Shown piece after piece: positions 51,458 through 64,000 of a DNA stretch of 64,000 bases. The stretch is from NCBI RefSeq assembly GCF_003704095.1, contig NW_020847747.1, positions 434,001-498,000 on the forward strand, read 5' to 3'. Every line of letters starts with the position of its first letter. Positions within the stretch are counted from its first letter, which is position 1. Below the pieces are notes generated by a model. It searched no databases, was not told the origin of the DNA, and was given only the letters and a program-made list of their open reading frames with translations. The stretch comes from Pocillopora damicornis. Taxonomy: Eukaryota. Position numbers and translations under genes: made by a program.

Positions 51458-54400
51458 ATGGATGAAGACGATGAAAGGACTGAGGTTGATGGCCAGCTGA
51501 CAATTGAAAGTGTAAAGTTAATCTCTGAATCCATGGGCATATCTAATCTCAATGAGGAGGCGATAAATCTGCTCATTGATGATGGGACATATCGATTGAA
51601 ACAACTCGCTCAGGTGAGTTTAGCGTCATGTTTCTTTGCATGCTTGCTCAACTATCCTCTTTGGAAAAATGTTTGGCGATTTGTGAATAGAGATAGATCT
51701 TGATCAAATTTTTTAACTTAAATGTTCAGCTGGGTTAGCATTTTGAAACTTGTTTTGAAATTTGAAAATTTGATGTAAACGTTGGGTCAGGAACGAAGTT
51801 AATTTGTCACCGACCAAAGAAAAGCTCATATCTTCATTGAAATGAGGTTATTGTTTCCTCTGTTCATACGATACTGGAACTGGAGGTATGGCAGTCCTGA
51901 AAAAATTACTTACATCTAGTATATTTATTGAGTACCTAAAGGGAAAATCGCGATGTATTTTAACTCTTGCTTCAAATCTTCAGGAGTCTGCTAAATTTAT
52001 GCAACACTCAAAACGCAGGAAACTCGTCACTGGAGATATCGACAATGCACTGCACGTGCAGAATATTGAGGTACGATGCATTTAACGTTGATTGTTGATA
52101 TGTTTTGGAGATACTTACTGAATATATTTAAACAGTGGTTGTGGCCAGCTGTCTTTGGAATTGTTCCTATTTAAAATAACAAATAGATTACCATGCGTCT
52201 GTCCAGTTATATATCACAGATGACTTAAAAATTTGATATGAAAATAAAATGGTGCATAAGGCAGCGCTGAGTGTTTACTTATGCTCTTACCACTTTTTGT
52301 ATGTCCTCTGTAGTCTGTTACTGGGTATTACCTCTAACATGGAATCTTTTTGTAGTTTTAATAATAATATTAATTACATCTTTAGCCAGGGTAAACCCAT
52401 CAGCAATTGCTGATATCAACGGGTGCCCTGTTAAATTATACAAAACAATACTGAAGTGAATAAAACAAAAATAAGACCAAAATATCAATCATAATTAAAG
52501 ATAATTATGAAAAATCTAAATATGTATATAAATTGACTAGAAATCATTTAAAAATTCTCTTATTTTTTATCTTAATATTAATAATGACTTAATTGATTTT
52601 AATTCAGGCAACAAATCATTGAATGCTTTGGCCTCAGCATAAAAACAACCCTTTTTTGCACCACCTGAGAATGACTAGAGATACTATAATAGTTCTTAAA
52701 AATTTCTTGTCCATCAGACTTAAGACACTTAAAACAAATGTTAATCTATGTATCATACATCATGAATAGAGGGTTTTCCAACCCAAATGTTGAGTAATGA
52801 AATATGCGTTTATTGTTCATGGTGGTGTAAGATTGGAGATGAACTTTGTTCGTTTGTCTCACGACAGTCACTTTTTGATGTAGATTGCAACGTCTCAACA
52901 GCAATACTGCTAGTCTTCATCAGGCAATGAGGTCAATTATTTACAGGTCGCCATTTGTAGCACGTTGGTATGCTGCCATTGATGCATTTCGATCTTCATT
53001 ATTATTCTGGTTGTTAGATGGTGTTCCTTCATGGGTCCTTACATGGAATCTTTTTGTTTTACATGATAAAAAAATCATAATATTGTTACTGTGACATCAC
53101 CTACACATCTGTCCTCCAACAGATCATAAGCACAAACCAATCAAAATGCATGTATAATTCAATATCATACAAAACTAAACTGACTTGTTTAATAGCTCTT
53201 TACAATATTTCATAAATAATGCTGTTTTGAACTTCAGAAGCATTGTCTTTTCCACTTGCAGCCTCTTTATGGCTTTGGCTCCAAAGAATTCATTCCATTC
53301 CGTTTTGCCAGTGGTGGAGGAAGAGAACTGTATTATTATAAGGATCCTGAAATTGACTTAAATGAAATTGTGAGCTCACAGTTGCCGCGTATTCCAGTGG
53401 ATGTAACCATTAAAGGTACTTTGTTGTTGTAAGGCGCTGCAGCGAATTGTTTATATGATTGACATGTAGTATAGTAACATGTAAAAAATTTTCTTGGATT
53501 GCTTTGGTTTTGCTTTTCTTTGCACTGTAAAAACTTACACCACCCTTAAGATCAATCAGATGTGCATCAAAACTGAAACTAACCTCTACTCAGTCACTAG
53601 CATTCTTCTGGGTCTGAGGCAGTTTGCTTGTTTTTACTTTAAGCATTTGACGACCCCCCCCCCCTCCCCAAATGAGTGACCAGCACCTAATTTCTCCTTA
53701 CATTATCAGTCCTGAATTAAACATTAAGGTCACAGGAAAGAAGGAAATGATTGCCAACTAGAGAAGCTCTTGATAGATGAACAAATTCTCTATGCTAGCA
53801 CCATAGTGAGTGTGTAGAGAACAGTATGTACAGTATGGATACCTATGTTAGGGTGCAAAGTTTAAATAATTGTCACTTCCATGCAACCTTCTCCTTTGCT
53901 TTGAATTACTGTTCTGATTGTTTTGGTTTTGGTTTTGAGATGCCCAAACAGAAAGCCTTCCACAGATAAATTTTATAAAATCATGTTCTTCTTGGGGAAA
54001 AACTGAAACATTGGGGGGTATCTAAGGATTAAGCTCTTGTTTGAGACAGTGTGCTGAATTTTTATGTATCTTTTATCTTTTAGCTCACTGGTTAAGTATT
54101 GATGGCCTCCAGCCTGCTATTCCTGAAAATCCCCCTCCAGGTATCTAACTTTACTCAAATCACAGGAGCAAAGTAATTGTGATATCAATATCCTGATCAG
54201 TATTAGTATATCATTATGAAGGGAGCCTGTAGGAGCATTTAAGGGTATAAGTAGTACACTTAATGAAGTATTATTATAAATTGTATGAGTCAGACTTTAG
54301 AGTGATGAAACTAAAGGATTCAAACTGGAAAACTTTTCATTATTGGTCTGTTGGCTGAACCATTATCCCAATGGATTATAACTCCTAACAGATTTTCCTC

Positions 54401-57400
54401 TCTTATAATGATATGATAATTGATTTTCTTTGCTTTCTCTCTTTAGTGCCTGTACAAGTTCAGGCAAAGGACAATAGGGCTGTGTTAGCTGCAGCGTTAC
54501 CCAAAGTAACTAAAACAATCAAACCACAGGCACCAAAGGTGGCTGGAAAGGGAGCCAAACAAAGTGTTGGGAAAAAGAATAACCAAAATCTTAATAAAGA
54601 GGCGGAATCTGGAGACAAAAATGATAAGACAAAACCCCAAGTCACTCATGAATTATCCATGGTAAGGTTTTTGTCAATGAAATTAGTGACTGTAAGATCA
54701 GCTGTGGCAGTGAACAGGTTAACACTTTCAGTTGCAGGTCTTATTTTTAATTAGCCTTTTCGTTTGTCATATATTTTTTTATTATTCTGTAGAATGTGTT
54801 AGGATGAGCAAACAATAACCATTATTCTCTGAACCCAAGAGTGACTAGCTTCTAGTTTCTCCTTACAATATCACCCCTGAGTTGCACATTAACGATAACA
54901 AGAATAAAGGAAATGATCACTGACTAAAGAAGCTCTTGCTCGATAAACAAAGTCTCCTTGTCAGTGCCATAGGAAACGATAGGAACAGTCCGGAGAATAT
55001 GCATACTGATGTTAGGGTATAGAGTGTTAACTTGTCTGCCTAGAAACTAGGTGTACTTGGAGAAGTGTTTTGGGATAAAGTAGAGAACTTGACTATATTA
55101 GCTAAAAACACTGATTTAAAACCAAATTCTCCTACAGCTGTATCAAGCTTTCAAGGCTTTGGGTGAAGCTAATCCTAGCACAGGGTCAAATATACTTCAA
55201 CTGACTTGACTGGCTTGTTTTTTAGGAACAACAGTTATATTACAAGGAGATCACAGAGGCTTGTGTGGGATCCTGTGAATCTAGAAGAGCAGTAAGTGAG
55301 AGGGGGGTGTTAACCTATGATGGAATGACATCTTAGCTATTGGGAGAAGGAAATTACTGTATACTCCTGATTGTTTTCATGCCTGGGAAATTGGGATTAA
55401 CTCTGTCAGTTTGAGCGATTAGTTTGAGAGTAGACTTACCTTACTTTTCATTATTTATCTCCAGGAAGCTCTACAAAGTTTATCAACAGACCCAGGTCTC
55501 TATCAAATGTTACCAAGATTCAGTACATTCATCTCTGAGGGGGTAAGTCTTCATTGCACCTTTAACTTCCAAAATCTGATTTGATCAATTGTTCTTCCTT
55601 CTAGCTGTCATTGATTTTCATGTGAATAGTTAAAAAGAATTTGGTGTTATATAGAGGAAACACTCTCTTGCTGATACCTTTTTGTTCTCATAACTTATTT
55701 GTTTGACAACATAATTATTTGTATCATTTGGAGAAATGAGATTGTAATCATTTAGCTGATGTTGATCAAAATGTAAACTAGGACATTTGATATGTGAAAA
55801 TGTGTGTGGTATTAATATCTCCAATAACAGTTTTTGAATGAATATAAGCTAGTGAAAAGCACTAATAATGGCTGCTCTTTGTATCAATTTATCCTAGGTG
55901 AGAGTAAATGTGGCACAAAATAACTTAGTGTTATTGATCTATCTGATGCGTATGGTGAAAGCTTTGTTGGATAATCCAACACTTTATGTTGAGAAATATG
56001 TAAGTTATTGGTTTGTCTGAAACCTTGATATATTTGGGCTTATATGGATAGCAAAATTTTTTCCCCCTTTTTGTTGCTTTTGATTATTATTATTATTAAT
56101 TATTATTATAATCATCAAGTTGTTTGTTTCTAACTCAACAGCTGCATGAGTTAATTCCAGCAGTAATGACTTGTATTGTGAGTAAACAACTTAGTACTAA
56201 TCCAGAAACTGACAATCATTGGGCACTTAGAGACTTTGGATCAAGAGTTGTTGCACAAGTCTGCAGGTAAGGAAGAAATTTGTTGTTTGAAAGATGATGT
56301 GATGCAGTGAATGACACACTCGGAGTCTTCCTAATAGGAGTCAAACCTAAAACTTTCCCATTTGTACATACTTCAAGTGCTCTACCACTGACCTTAAGGA
56401 GACTTGTGGTAGGCTACATTGTAGGCCATTTATTAATGAGGGCATGACCAGTCCAGATTGACTAAACCCAAATGGGATTCATTCTAGCAATAACCTTAGG
56501 GTGTTAACTTTATAATTCATATAGTGTAGTACGTGAAAAAGTGTAGAGGTGATTTAATACAATTGCTTGTTAAGGTGACTGGTAGCAGAAACAGTGACAA
56601 TATTAGTTTTACAATTTTTAAAAGAATGTAAATGGGTCAGGAAAAATTTCTGTCTAGCCTAATGTCACTACATGGTTTTTGTCTCAGGTCTTTTAATTCC
56701 ACTACAAATAATGTTCAATCAAGGGTTACCAAAACTTACTGCAAGGTAAGTGCAATCCCCCTCAGATAAAAAAAAAATATTTTGGTTGTCAAAACATTGT
56801 TGTAGAAGATCTGTTGTTCACTTGTTTTAAATCAGTTACTGTTGACACTCGTGTTTGTTCCTGCAGGCATTACACCAAGAAAAAGCTTCATTATCAACTC
56901 ATTATGGTGCTATAACTGGGCTTGCAGAGCTGGGACAGGAGGTATGTTCTTAACACTAATCACAAGTAAAGATTATCTTGCAGGGTGGGCTTGCAGATAT
57001 CAGAGAATACTTATAGGTTATGCAAAATTCTGTGTTTCAGTTTTGAGAATTCTTTCCTGATACATTACACTATTCTACAGTTACTGCATTTCTTACAAAA
57101 ACCCTGCCCTGGCATGAGGTTTATTCAAATTTGTCAATGTGATATAACATTCTCATACTTCACTGTTAAGTGATTTTGTTCTTCAAACTCTTCTGATTTG
57201 AAAGGTGGTTAAGGTCTTTGTTGTTCCAAGACTCAAGATTGAAAGTGCTTTGATTAAAAAAGCTCAAGAAGGAATCGACCCTGTGGAGAAGAATGCTGCA
57301 GAAAACCTCAAGAATCTACTGCTGGTAATTTTTGATGTGAACTTTGTAGTAATTCCAATTGTTACAAATAATCTCTTTCCATTCCATGAATTGGTCTGGA

Positions 57401-58225
57401 ACTTTATAAACGAGCCTATATAATTTCTTGGATCAGATCACCTTTAACCTTTGACCAGACCTGATACAGTGACCTTCCTTTATTTGAATTTATATTATTT
57501 TGCCACAAAACATTTCAAGTAAGAAATTTACAATTCAAGAACTGCATAGGAATTTCAATGTTAAATTTATTTTCAAATCTGTCAATAACTAGAAAAAGAA
57601 TTAAGTAATGTAACAAGGAAACCCAATAGAAGCTAGAAGCTTTAAAAATTTGGGTTCCTCAGACCAAACAACAGATGGCATCCTGCATATGTTTCCCATG
57701 GTGTCTCTCCCTCTTGTTTGAATGTTTAATTCAATACAACTGATATTGATTTCTCTTTGTTTGTAGAAACACTGTCCTGCTTTGTTACTGAGAACTCGTC
57801 ATCCACCAGACTTGGCTGATCAATATGAAAAAGAGTTTGGTAGTATTGGACCTCTTCTTTGCACCAAAGTGTCACAGCTGCGGCAGAACATGAGCGCCAT
57901 GAAGAAACCCTCCACATTAACTGTGCGCACAGTAACTGGTGTCTTGACCACTGGGATTACAACTCCCACTACACCCTCTACACCTGGGGCAAGTCCAGTT
58001 AAATTACTTACCCCAACTTCTGGTGGGACTTTCACAATCTCTTTACAACCTGGTTTGAAAGTTGGTCTACCTACCACCCCTAGGGATTCTAACCCCACCA
58101 CTCCCACATCAGCAGGGACTGTAACACTACCAGGGTTACTACCAACAGGATTGACGAGCACAGGGCTACCAAAGCCAACTACCCCCACTAGTAACACACC
58201 CACACCTGGTGGCCCTGTGACATAA
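51458..58225 (+). CDS. TAF6: Transcription initiation factor TFIID subunit 6
   Basis: Thirteen exons: 51458-51613, 51984-52070, 53262-53415, 54084-54140, 54447-54661, 55226-55291, 55465-55542, 55898-55999, 56142-56266, 56688-56745, 56867-56941, 57205-57324, 57767-58225. Histone fold ([12 protein letters not shown]...[11 protein letters not shown]...DIDNAL), [51 protein letters not shown]. Confidence 0.96.
52354..53040 (-). mobile_element. 5'-truncated non-LTR retrotransposon insertion with 17-bp target-site duplication in TAF6 intron 2
   Basis: ACATGGAATCTTTTTGT occurs at 52337-52353 and 53041-53057. The minus strand carries a decayed LINE ORF2-like C-terminus ([36 protein letters not shown]) and ends in an (ATT)n-like tail. 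Confidence 0.65.
53672..53865. mobile_element. MITE copy (27.6-kb subfamily) in TAF6 intron
   Basis: Aligns by eye to 27650-27847. Confidence 0.65.
54830..55030. mobile_element. MITE copy (27.6-kb subfamily) in TAF6 intron
   Basis: Aligns by eye to 27650-27847. Confidence 0.65.
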
Positions 58226-59249
58226 CACTTAGCTACAACTCGCCTTTTTAAAATGTACTTATTTAATAAGTAACTGTACAAAATGATGTCATCCAAAAAA
58301 ACAAAACCCTGTCAAGGTTGCAGGTATATTGTAGTTAGTTCAAAGTATTTTAGCCCTGTATTTCAATCACTAGAAGTGCATATCATGTAATCTTTTGTAA
58401 TAAATAGTTAAGAATTGTATGTAAACTGTTTCCTTCTGTATGTTTTAGTGAGTGTGAAAATTTTCAGTTCCTTTAGAATAATTACAAGCTAATTTTGGGC
58501 CAATTCAGTGAGTTTGAGAGAAGGACAATTTTTGTTTGAAAGTCAGTAGCTGAATTTCAAACAAGACACAGCTCCTGTCTTGCAGTATGGTGACTGTGCT
58601 GAGTCTGGTAGCCTCCTCCAGGCCCTCGATCACAGAGAGTCACCCAGTCAATTGCACTCTGAACTTGAAATTTGGGCTTATTCTGCTTTAGGGTCTAACA
58701 TTAGTGTTAGTGACAATTATAATGCTACAAATTAAGGGCTGTTACCTGGCTCATCTACTTTAAACTTTAAGGTCAGCTCTGTTTACTATGACAGGAAACA
58801 ACCTGTGAATTTTACCTTAATTCTCCTGTCATTTTTTTTTTCCTTTGCTCCTAAGTACCTCTTGGTGCAAATGAAATTAGATGGAATCATTGTTTGTTAA
58901 ATACATGGTGTAATGATTGACAATCATAAGACACTTAATGGTTAGCAATCTACATTGTTTCACAACACGTACAAAATCATCTTGTCTGATGTAAGTGGCC
59001 GATAGTCAGCACCTAACTAGGTACCCAGTATTTAACGTGAACTATGTAACACAATTTACAATAACAACAAAAAATACAAAAACAAAACACAAAAAATAGA
59101 CATACTGGAAGCAGGAGGCACACTATGATTGATTAATTTTGGTAGGGTGGCTCGTAAACAGTAGCAGAATGGTACTGGAAGGAAACTCCTAGGAAAGTAA
59201 TGGTAGTCTTACTCTGCCTCTACAACACACTACTGACCAAGGTCCCCTC

Positions 59250-61438
59250 TTATGAAAGACTAGAATACCTTGGAATTGTTGTCCCAAAGTATTCAGATCT
59301 TAACATTCTCTTTAAAATGGGCCTAGGTACATGAATGTTTGGAATTGATGAAGGAGAAATGAAGTGTTTGTTAAAGCTGTAGTCTTCCTCTGGCTTGAAG
59401 GTAGTTGCTGACAGACTTCTCTCTCTTGTTGCTGATGGGATGTGAGCTCCAACTAAATGGCTTTTGTTAAACCGGGTTTTCGGTTCAGGCCAAGAAAATT
59501 CCCCTGTCAAAAGAAAATTATGATTTAAGTTGTCAAGTTGGAGTTAAAAAATGAGACAGCCCTTGCAATTTTGGCCATTAATCTTACTTCATTGCCTGCA
59601 CACCTCTGAAAATTTCTGAAGGTAAAAAATTGGTGGTAAATTTACCTGGGTGATAGTTTGATGATATTTATCAATCATGCTTACCATAGGTAGCCACACA
59701 ATATTTTTGTAGATCAATATTTCAGCTAGCAGGAGATTGATGTATTGAAGGATAGTTAGTCAATATTTTGGTCAGTAGTCTACGCCATGTTCAGCCTGAT
59801 GTTGACTGACACTTGATCTGCTTAATTGATGGTTTGTCAAAGTCTCTAAGTCATGACATCAGCCTTCCTTCACCTTGACTGACTCATTGACCATTGACCA
59901 ACAATAGAATGAGTATCAGTTGAGTGTCAACCAAAATACTTATTGGTTGGAGCATGGCTTGTTTTTATGTTGATATGCCCTCTGACTCTTGACTTATACA
60001 GTGGCAATCACTACATATACCACATGTGTTTTATATTCATACAAAATTTAGTCAGTTATGAGAGAGATGAAAAGACCTTGAATCATTGTTTTGATCCTGT
60101 CCAGATGCTTAGTGCTTATGACTTCAGGGTCAGAGTAACTCTTCACTGGGGTCACTGTGAAGGAAAAAAAGATCACAGTCAACCCAACTTGAAAGAACAT
60201 TCTACTATTCAGGAAACATATATGCATTTGAAACAAGATCAAACATACAGGTTCAGCATTATGAAAAGAAGTCTAAAAGTGAAGTGTGACTGCTATCCTT
60301 TACCTTCAGTTTTAGAAAAGAGAGTCTCATCAACAGATGAGGTCCTGGAAACTACCTTGAATGTATCATGTAACCTAAAAAGGGAAAATCAGACATGATA
60401 ATCCTTTAAAAAACTATCTGAAAATTTTCACAGTTTTCTTCAAAAAGTGATCAGCAAGAAACAGATAAGATAACAGTCAAATGAAATAAATCATCTCTAT
60501 TTCTATTTTATCCAATATTCTCCTTTGTAGCAAACATGTAAAATAATTTCCTTACATGAAAAATAGTAGCATTTTATTAGCACCTATATGCAGCTACTAT
60601 GAGTTAGAGAGGTGGTGAGCACCACTGGCCTGTTTTTGAGTCTGCAATAGCTTCTGGTAATAACTTACTTTCTTTGACTTGGAATGAATCTGATGTTTCT
60701 TGCATGTGTGAATATTCCATGGCCATCTCTACAGTGAAAGTACTGGATCCCCTTGTACAGGCCGCTTGTATTACCAACTTGAAGAAAAACCAGTCATAAA
60801 TACAATCATTACTTTCGCTACCAAAATAAATACTGTTAATGCTATGATGGGTATTTGTGGGTAAGCAGAATAAATGTCATTTCGATAATTGTTTTGCGCT
60901 ATAAAGGACAGTAATCCAGGGTTACCACGATAGTTACGTTGGGACTGTATTATGTCACTCAAAGCTATTGATTGGGTTGATTATAGAAGAGGAAACCATC
61001 ATATTGCTGAAGAGGAAAAATGCACGATTACTCCAGGAAATGATGGTTCCGATGTGGCTGATACGATCTCTTCATTTTTGGGACTAATAGTATCGTAGAG
61101 AGCGTTAGTTGTATGGTTTACGAGGAAAACACGAGGTACATGAAATAATGAAGTGTGGAAGAATGTGTTAGTAATGTCCTACAGAATTGGCTATGTGTTA
61201 AACGAGCTTCTGTGATAGATCACTTCGGCATGGAGGTTAAATGGATTATAATATGATGAGTTTTCTGGCCAAGATCGAAGGGTTAATTAACACTACCTCT
61301 ATTGTCTAGTTCAATGCCAACCCATTCGCCATCTTTCGCCACCAAGCTTCCCGCATATCGGATTGTCCCGTTTTCGATCTCTCCTCGCCATCTCACTTGC
61401 ACACGAGCCCCAGAATTGATGTTATGAAAGAAAACCAT
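59250..61438 (-). CDS. Small CAP-Gly domain protein (uncharacterised)
   Basis: Exons 61438-61297 (GARVQV...GTIRYAG...GEWVGIELD), 60777-60669 (VGNTSGLYKGIQYFHCRDGHGIF), 60374-60304, probable 60154-60077, 59503-59250. The CAP-Gly pattern is clear and the C-terminal exons are less certain. Confidence 0.8.
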
Positions 61439-61769
61439 GGATCTTCTTTCTACATTTTGTTTCCCTTGAATAAGACTTTTCTTCACTAGTGTTTGCAAAA
61501 ATCCTTATTCGACCGAGAAGCCTAGAAGAACCACAAACAAACCCAGTTGGCGGGAGAACCAGTCATATTCTATCCAATAACCTGATTGGTTTGCATTTGA
61601 AGAATAAAAGAATTTGACCAATCAAAAGTGATGTAATATTTCGAAGCTGTTGCTATGGTAAACCCACAAATCTTAGCGACGGACCGTATATTAGCAACAC
61701 GGCAGACATCTTGAATTCAAACAAGCTTCACGATAAAAGCAGGTCGGAGTTTGCTGTGATTAAACTACT
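61439..61769. promoter_or_regulatory. Bidirectional promoter with RFX X-box-like motif and CCAAT boxes
   Basis: About 330 bp between divergent ATGs. GTTGCTATGGTAAAC at 61649-61663 resembles the X-box, with nearby TAGCGAC/TAGCAAC half-sites and CCAAT/ATTGG boxes at about 61574, 61585 and 61618. Confidence 0.65.
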
Positions 61770-63695
61770 ATGGCTCTACCTTTCCTGCCAGGCCAAGTTT
61801 TTGATCGAAAGGTAAGCATTCAAATTATACAATGCCGTATATTTTACGACTGAGTTAAAACTTAAATCTAGTAAAATTTACTTGACTCAAATCTCTCTTA
61901 CCAGATTGGGAAAAGCAAGTTTCACAAGTCACAATTATTTGATTACCGGAATGATGTATCATCCTTTGTAGGTGAAGATAAAAGTGGAATTGGTAAGTTT
62001 TAAAAATACGTTTACTTCCTTGAAGTTTACATCTTTTCTATTTTAGATCAAAACGTTGAGAGGTAAGTCTGTAACTGTAACTAACAACCAAAACACATAG
62101 TTGAAGACTTGACACATTTACTTAGCTGTTTTGTTTCCATTTTATCAGGAGGAGATCCTTTACCAGGACAAAAGTTAAAACCGAGACACAGTGGTTATCC
62201 AAAGGGTATTGGTGGAGAGGCACCCGCCTGGGTTGCATTTGACAGACAGGTAAGAAATTCGTCAGTCATTTTGGCTAAATTCAGAAATTTTTACCTCAAA
62301 TGCTTCTGCGGTTTAATCGTGAAAAAATGTACCCTGACGTTAAAAAAATGGTTTGTGGAAGAACTGCGAAAACAGATATCGATCTTTAGCAGTTTAAGAG
62401 AAAACAGGGGTATTTTTTGTTCATAAAAACTGGTTTGCATGAATGTTGAGAAGCAAAACGAAGTCAACCCTATAGTTTTGTTTTACTTAAAACAAGTGGG
62501 ATATCTACTCACTGGGTTTAAGTAAAATATACAACAATCTGGGAATACAACACAATTTGCATTCATTTCTAGCAAAAGAGTATGATGTATAGTACCTTAA
62601 CCTTTCAACTCCCAGTACTGATTGAAATAGTACTTCTCCCCATAATTTTGATACATTATCCTGCTAAAGGTCATGAGAGCAGAAAATTTTATCAGCTGGA
62701 GGATGTTATCTTGACTAATCAACAGATTCTTCTCACTAATTTACAAGGAATATATAGCAGCTAGAGGGGATAATTTTATTTAAATCTTGGGAGGAAATGT
62801 ATGAAAAGTATGGGAGCACTGAAAAGTATTTGATCTACACCCCAGAATGTCAACATGCTTGTGGGCCTTTCTTGATAGATTAAGTGATATATGTATGCAG
62901 CGAGTGTTGTTCTTTAAACAGATACAATAGAGGCCAACTGTAATAAAAAATTGGAAATGCAAAACACTCCACTGACTGCTATGAACCAGAGACCAATAAG
63001 AAACAAGGTTACCCATGAAGATGTAATTCCTTGTTTACTTGTGAAATACAGGTTTTGTGCTTTGATGCTTATTTCCAAGAAGCAGTACATGAGAAAAGAG
63101 AGGAGCAATACAGGATTAGAAGGTATCAAACTATATTTTAGTCTTGTTTCATTCCTTATTTGCCTAACCAGTTAGAGTAAATAAAAACATCCGGCAGTCT
63201 TATCTTGGTTTTGGTTGCAAAGCAAAGGAAATGTAGTGTCACTTTCTGTAAAGCTTTAAATTTGTCATGGGCCATTATTGCTAATATTATATTCTTTTGC
63301 ATGATGAATTGCTTGATTAAAATCTTGATAAGATTTTAACTGTGTTATCTTAGATATTTCTTTGACCTCTCAAATATTGTATCTTTTTCATGTTAGATGC
63401 AAAATTTACTTTTATTTGGAGGATGACAGTATCCAAGTGATTGAGCCAAAAGTTGAAAACAGTGGGATTCCACAAGGTTTGTAATTTTTTTTTTGACTGG
63501 ATTGTGAGAAATGAGTTGTGATTACTGTTAAAAAGAATGTTAACTTGATTTTTGTCATTTTTATTCTTAAAAGGAACATTGATTCGTCGTCATCGCATTC
63601 CACTACCTCCACCTAATGATGAAGAGTTTTACACTGTGGAGAACTTTAATGTTGGTCAGGAAATCACGCTTTACTCCCGCACATTTAAGATCACT
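61770..63695 (+). CDS. EFHC2: EF-hand domain-containing family member C2 (DM10-domain axonemal protein), 5' part; continues beyond window
   Basis: Exons 61770-61811, 61905-61992, 62149-62249, 63052-63122, 63397-63476, 63574-63695 give MALPFLPG...GKSKFHKSQ...[14 protein letters not shown]...[19 protein letters not shown]...[37 protein letters not shown] (first DM10 domain). Confidence 0.93.
62597..62792. mobile_element. TTAA-ended MITE-like fragment, third subfamily
   Basis: Starts TTAACCTTTCAACTCCC. A related decayed copy lies at about 11311-11476. Confidence 0.5.
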
Positions 63696-64000
63696 GTGAG
63701 TATATCAAGATATCACTGAAAATACCACTTCCAGCATTGTGATTAAAACAAGTCATTTTCTTTATGAACTGGTCGTAATTTCCCCTCTCTTGTTTCAACC
63801 CTTCATCTCCCATGGGCCGCAAGTACAAAATCAAGCTGACAAGTGATGAGGGTTAAAAAAAATATCATTTAAAGGATTATTAGTTGATCCAATACAAAGT
63901 TTTCAAACTAACATCATCAGATTTGTGTGGCAGACAATAAGGATTGTCAGAGGGTTAAAATGGAAATTTTGGGTGTCTGTCCATCTTCATAATTGTAGCT

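Noticed and set aside
56325-56420. tRNA gene on the minus strand
   Set aside because: Only a decayed A/B-box-like SINE head, with no cloverleaf.

Overview
AT-rich, intron-rich eukaryotic DNA with one 41-nt N gap. The gene set and repeat families suggest an anthozoan cnidarian, probably a stony coral (inference). Hand-splicing gives, in order: the 3' half of a GPC3/5-type glypican (+) tail-to-tail with a complete GPC1/2/4/6-type glypican (-); about 10 kb with no detectable gene; mitochondrial rhomboid protease PARL (+); an orphan class A GPCR with a very long ICL3 (+); a CXorf65/C22orf15-like small gene (+); an angiomotin-family gene (-); an MGAT4/GT54-like gene with a degenerate catalytic motif (+); TAF6 (+); and a small CAP-Gly gene (-) head-to-head with EFHC2 (+, truncated by the window end) across an RFX X-box-like promoter. 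Non-coding DNA carries many MITEs, SINE fragments and a LINE remnant. The most unusual signal is a set of Penelope-type minimal hammerhead-ribozyme motifs in three sequence families. Two occur as inverted pairs in long palindromes on either side of PARL, one lies in sense orientation in an angiomotin intron, and one degenerate copy sits in a TSD-flanked composite insertion in TAF6. All exon models and RNA folds were made by eye and need RNA-seq or computational confirmation.
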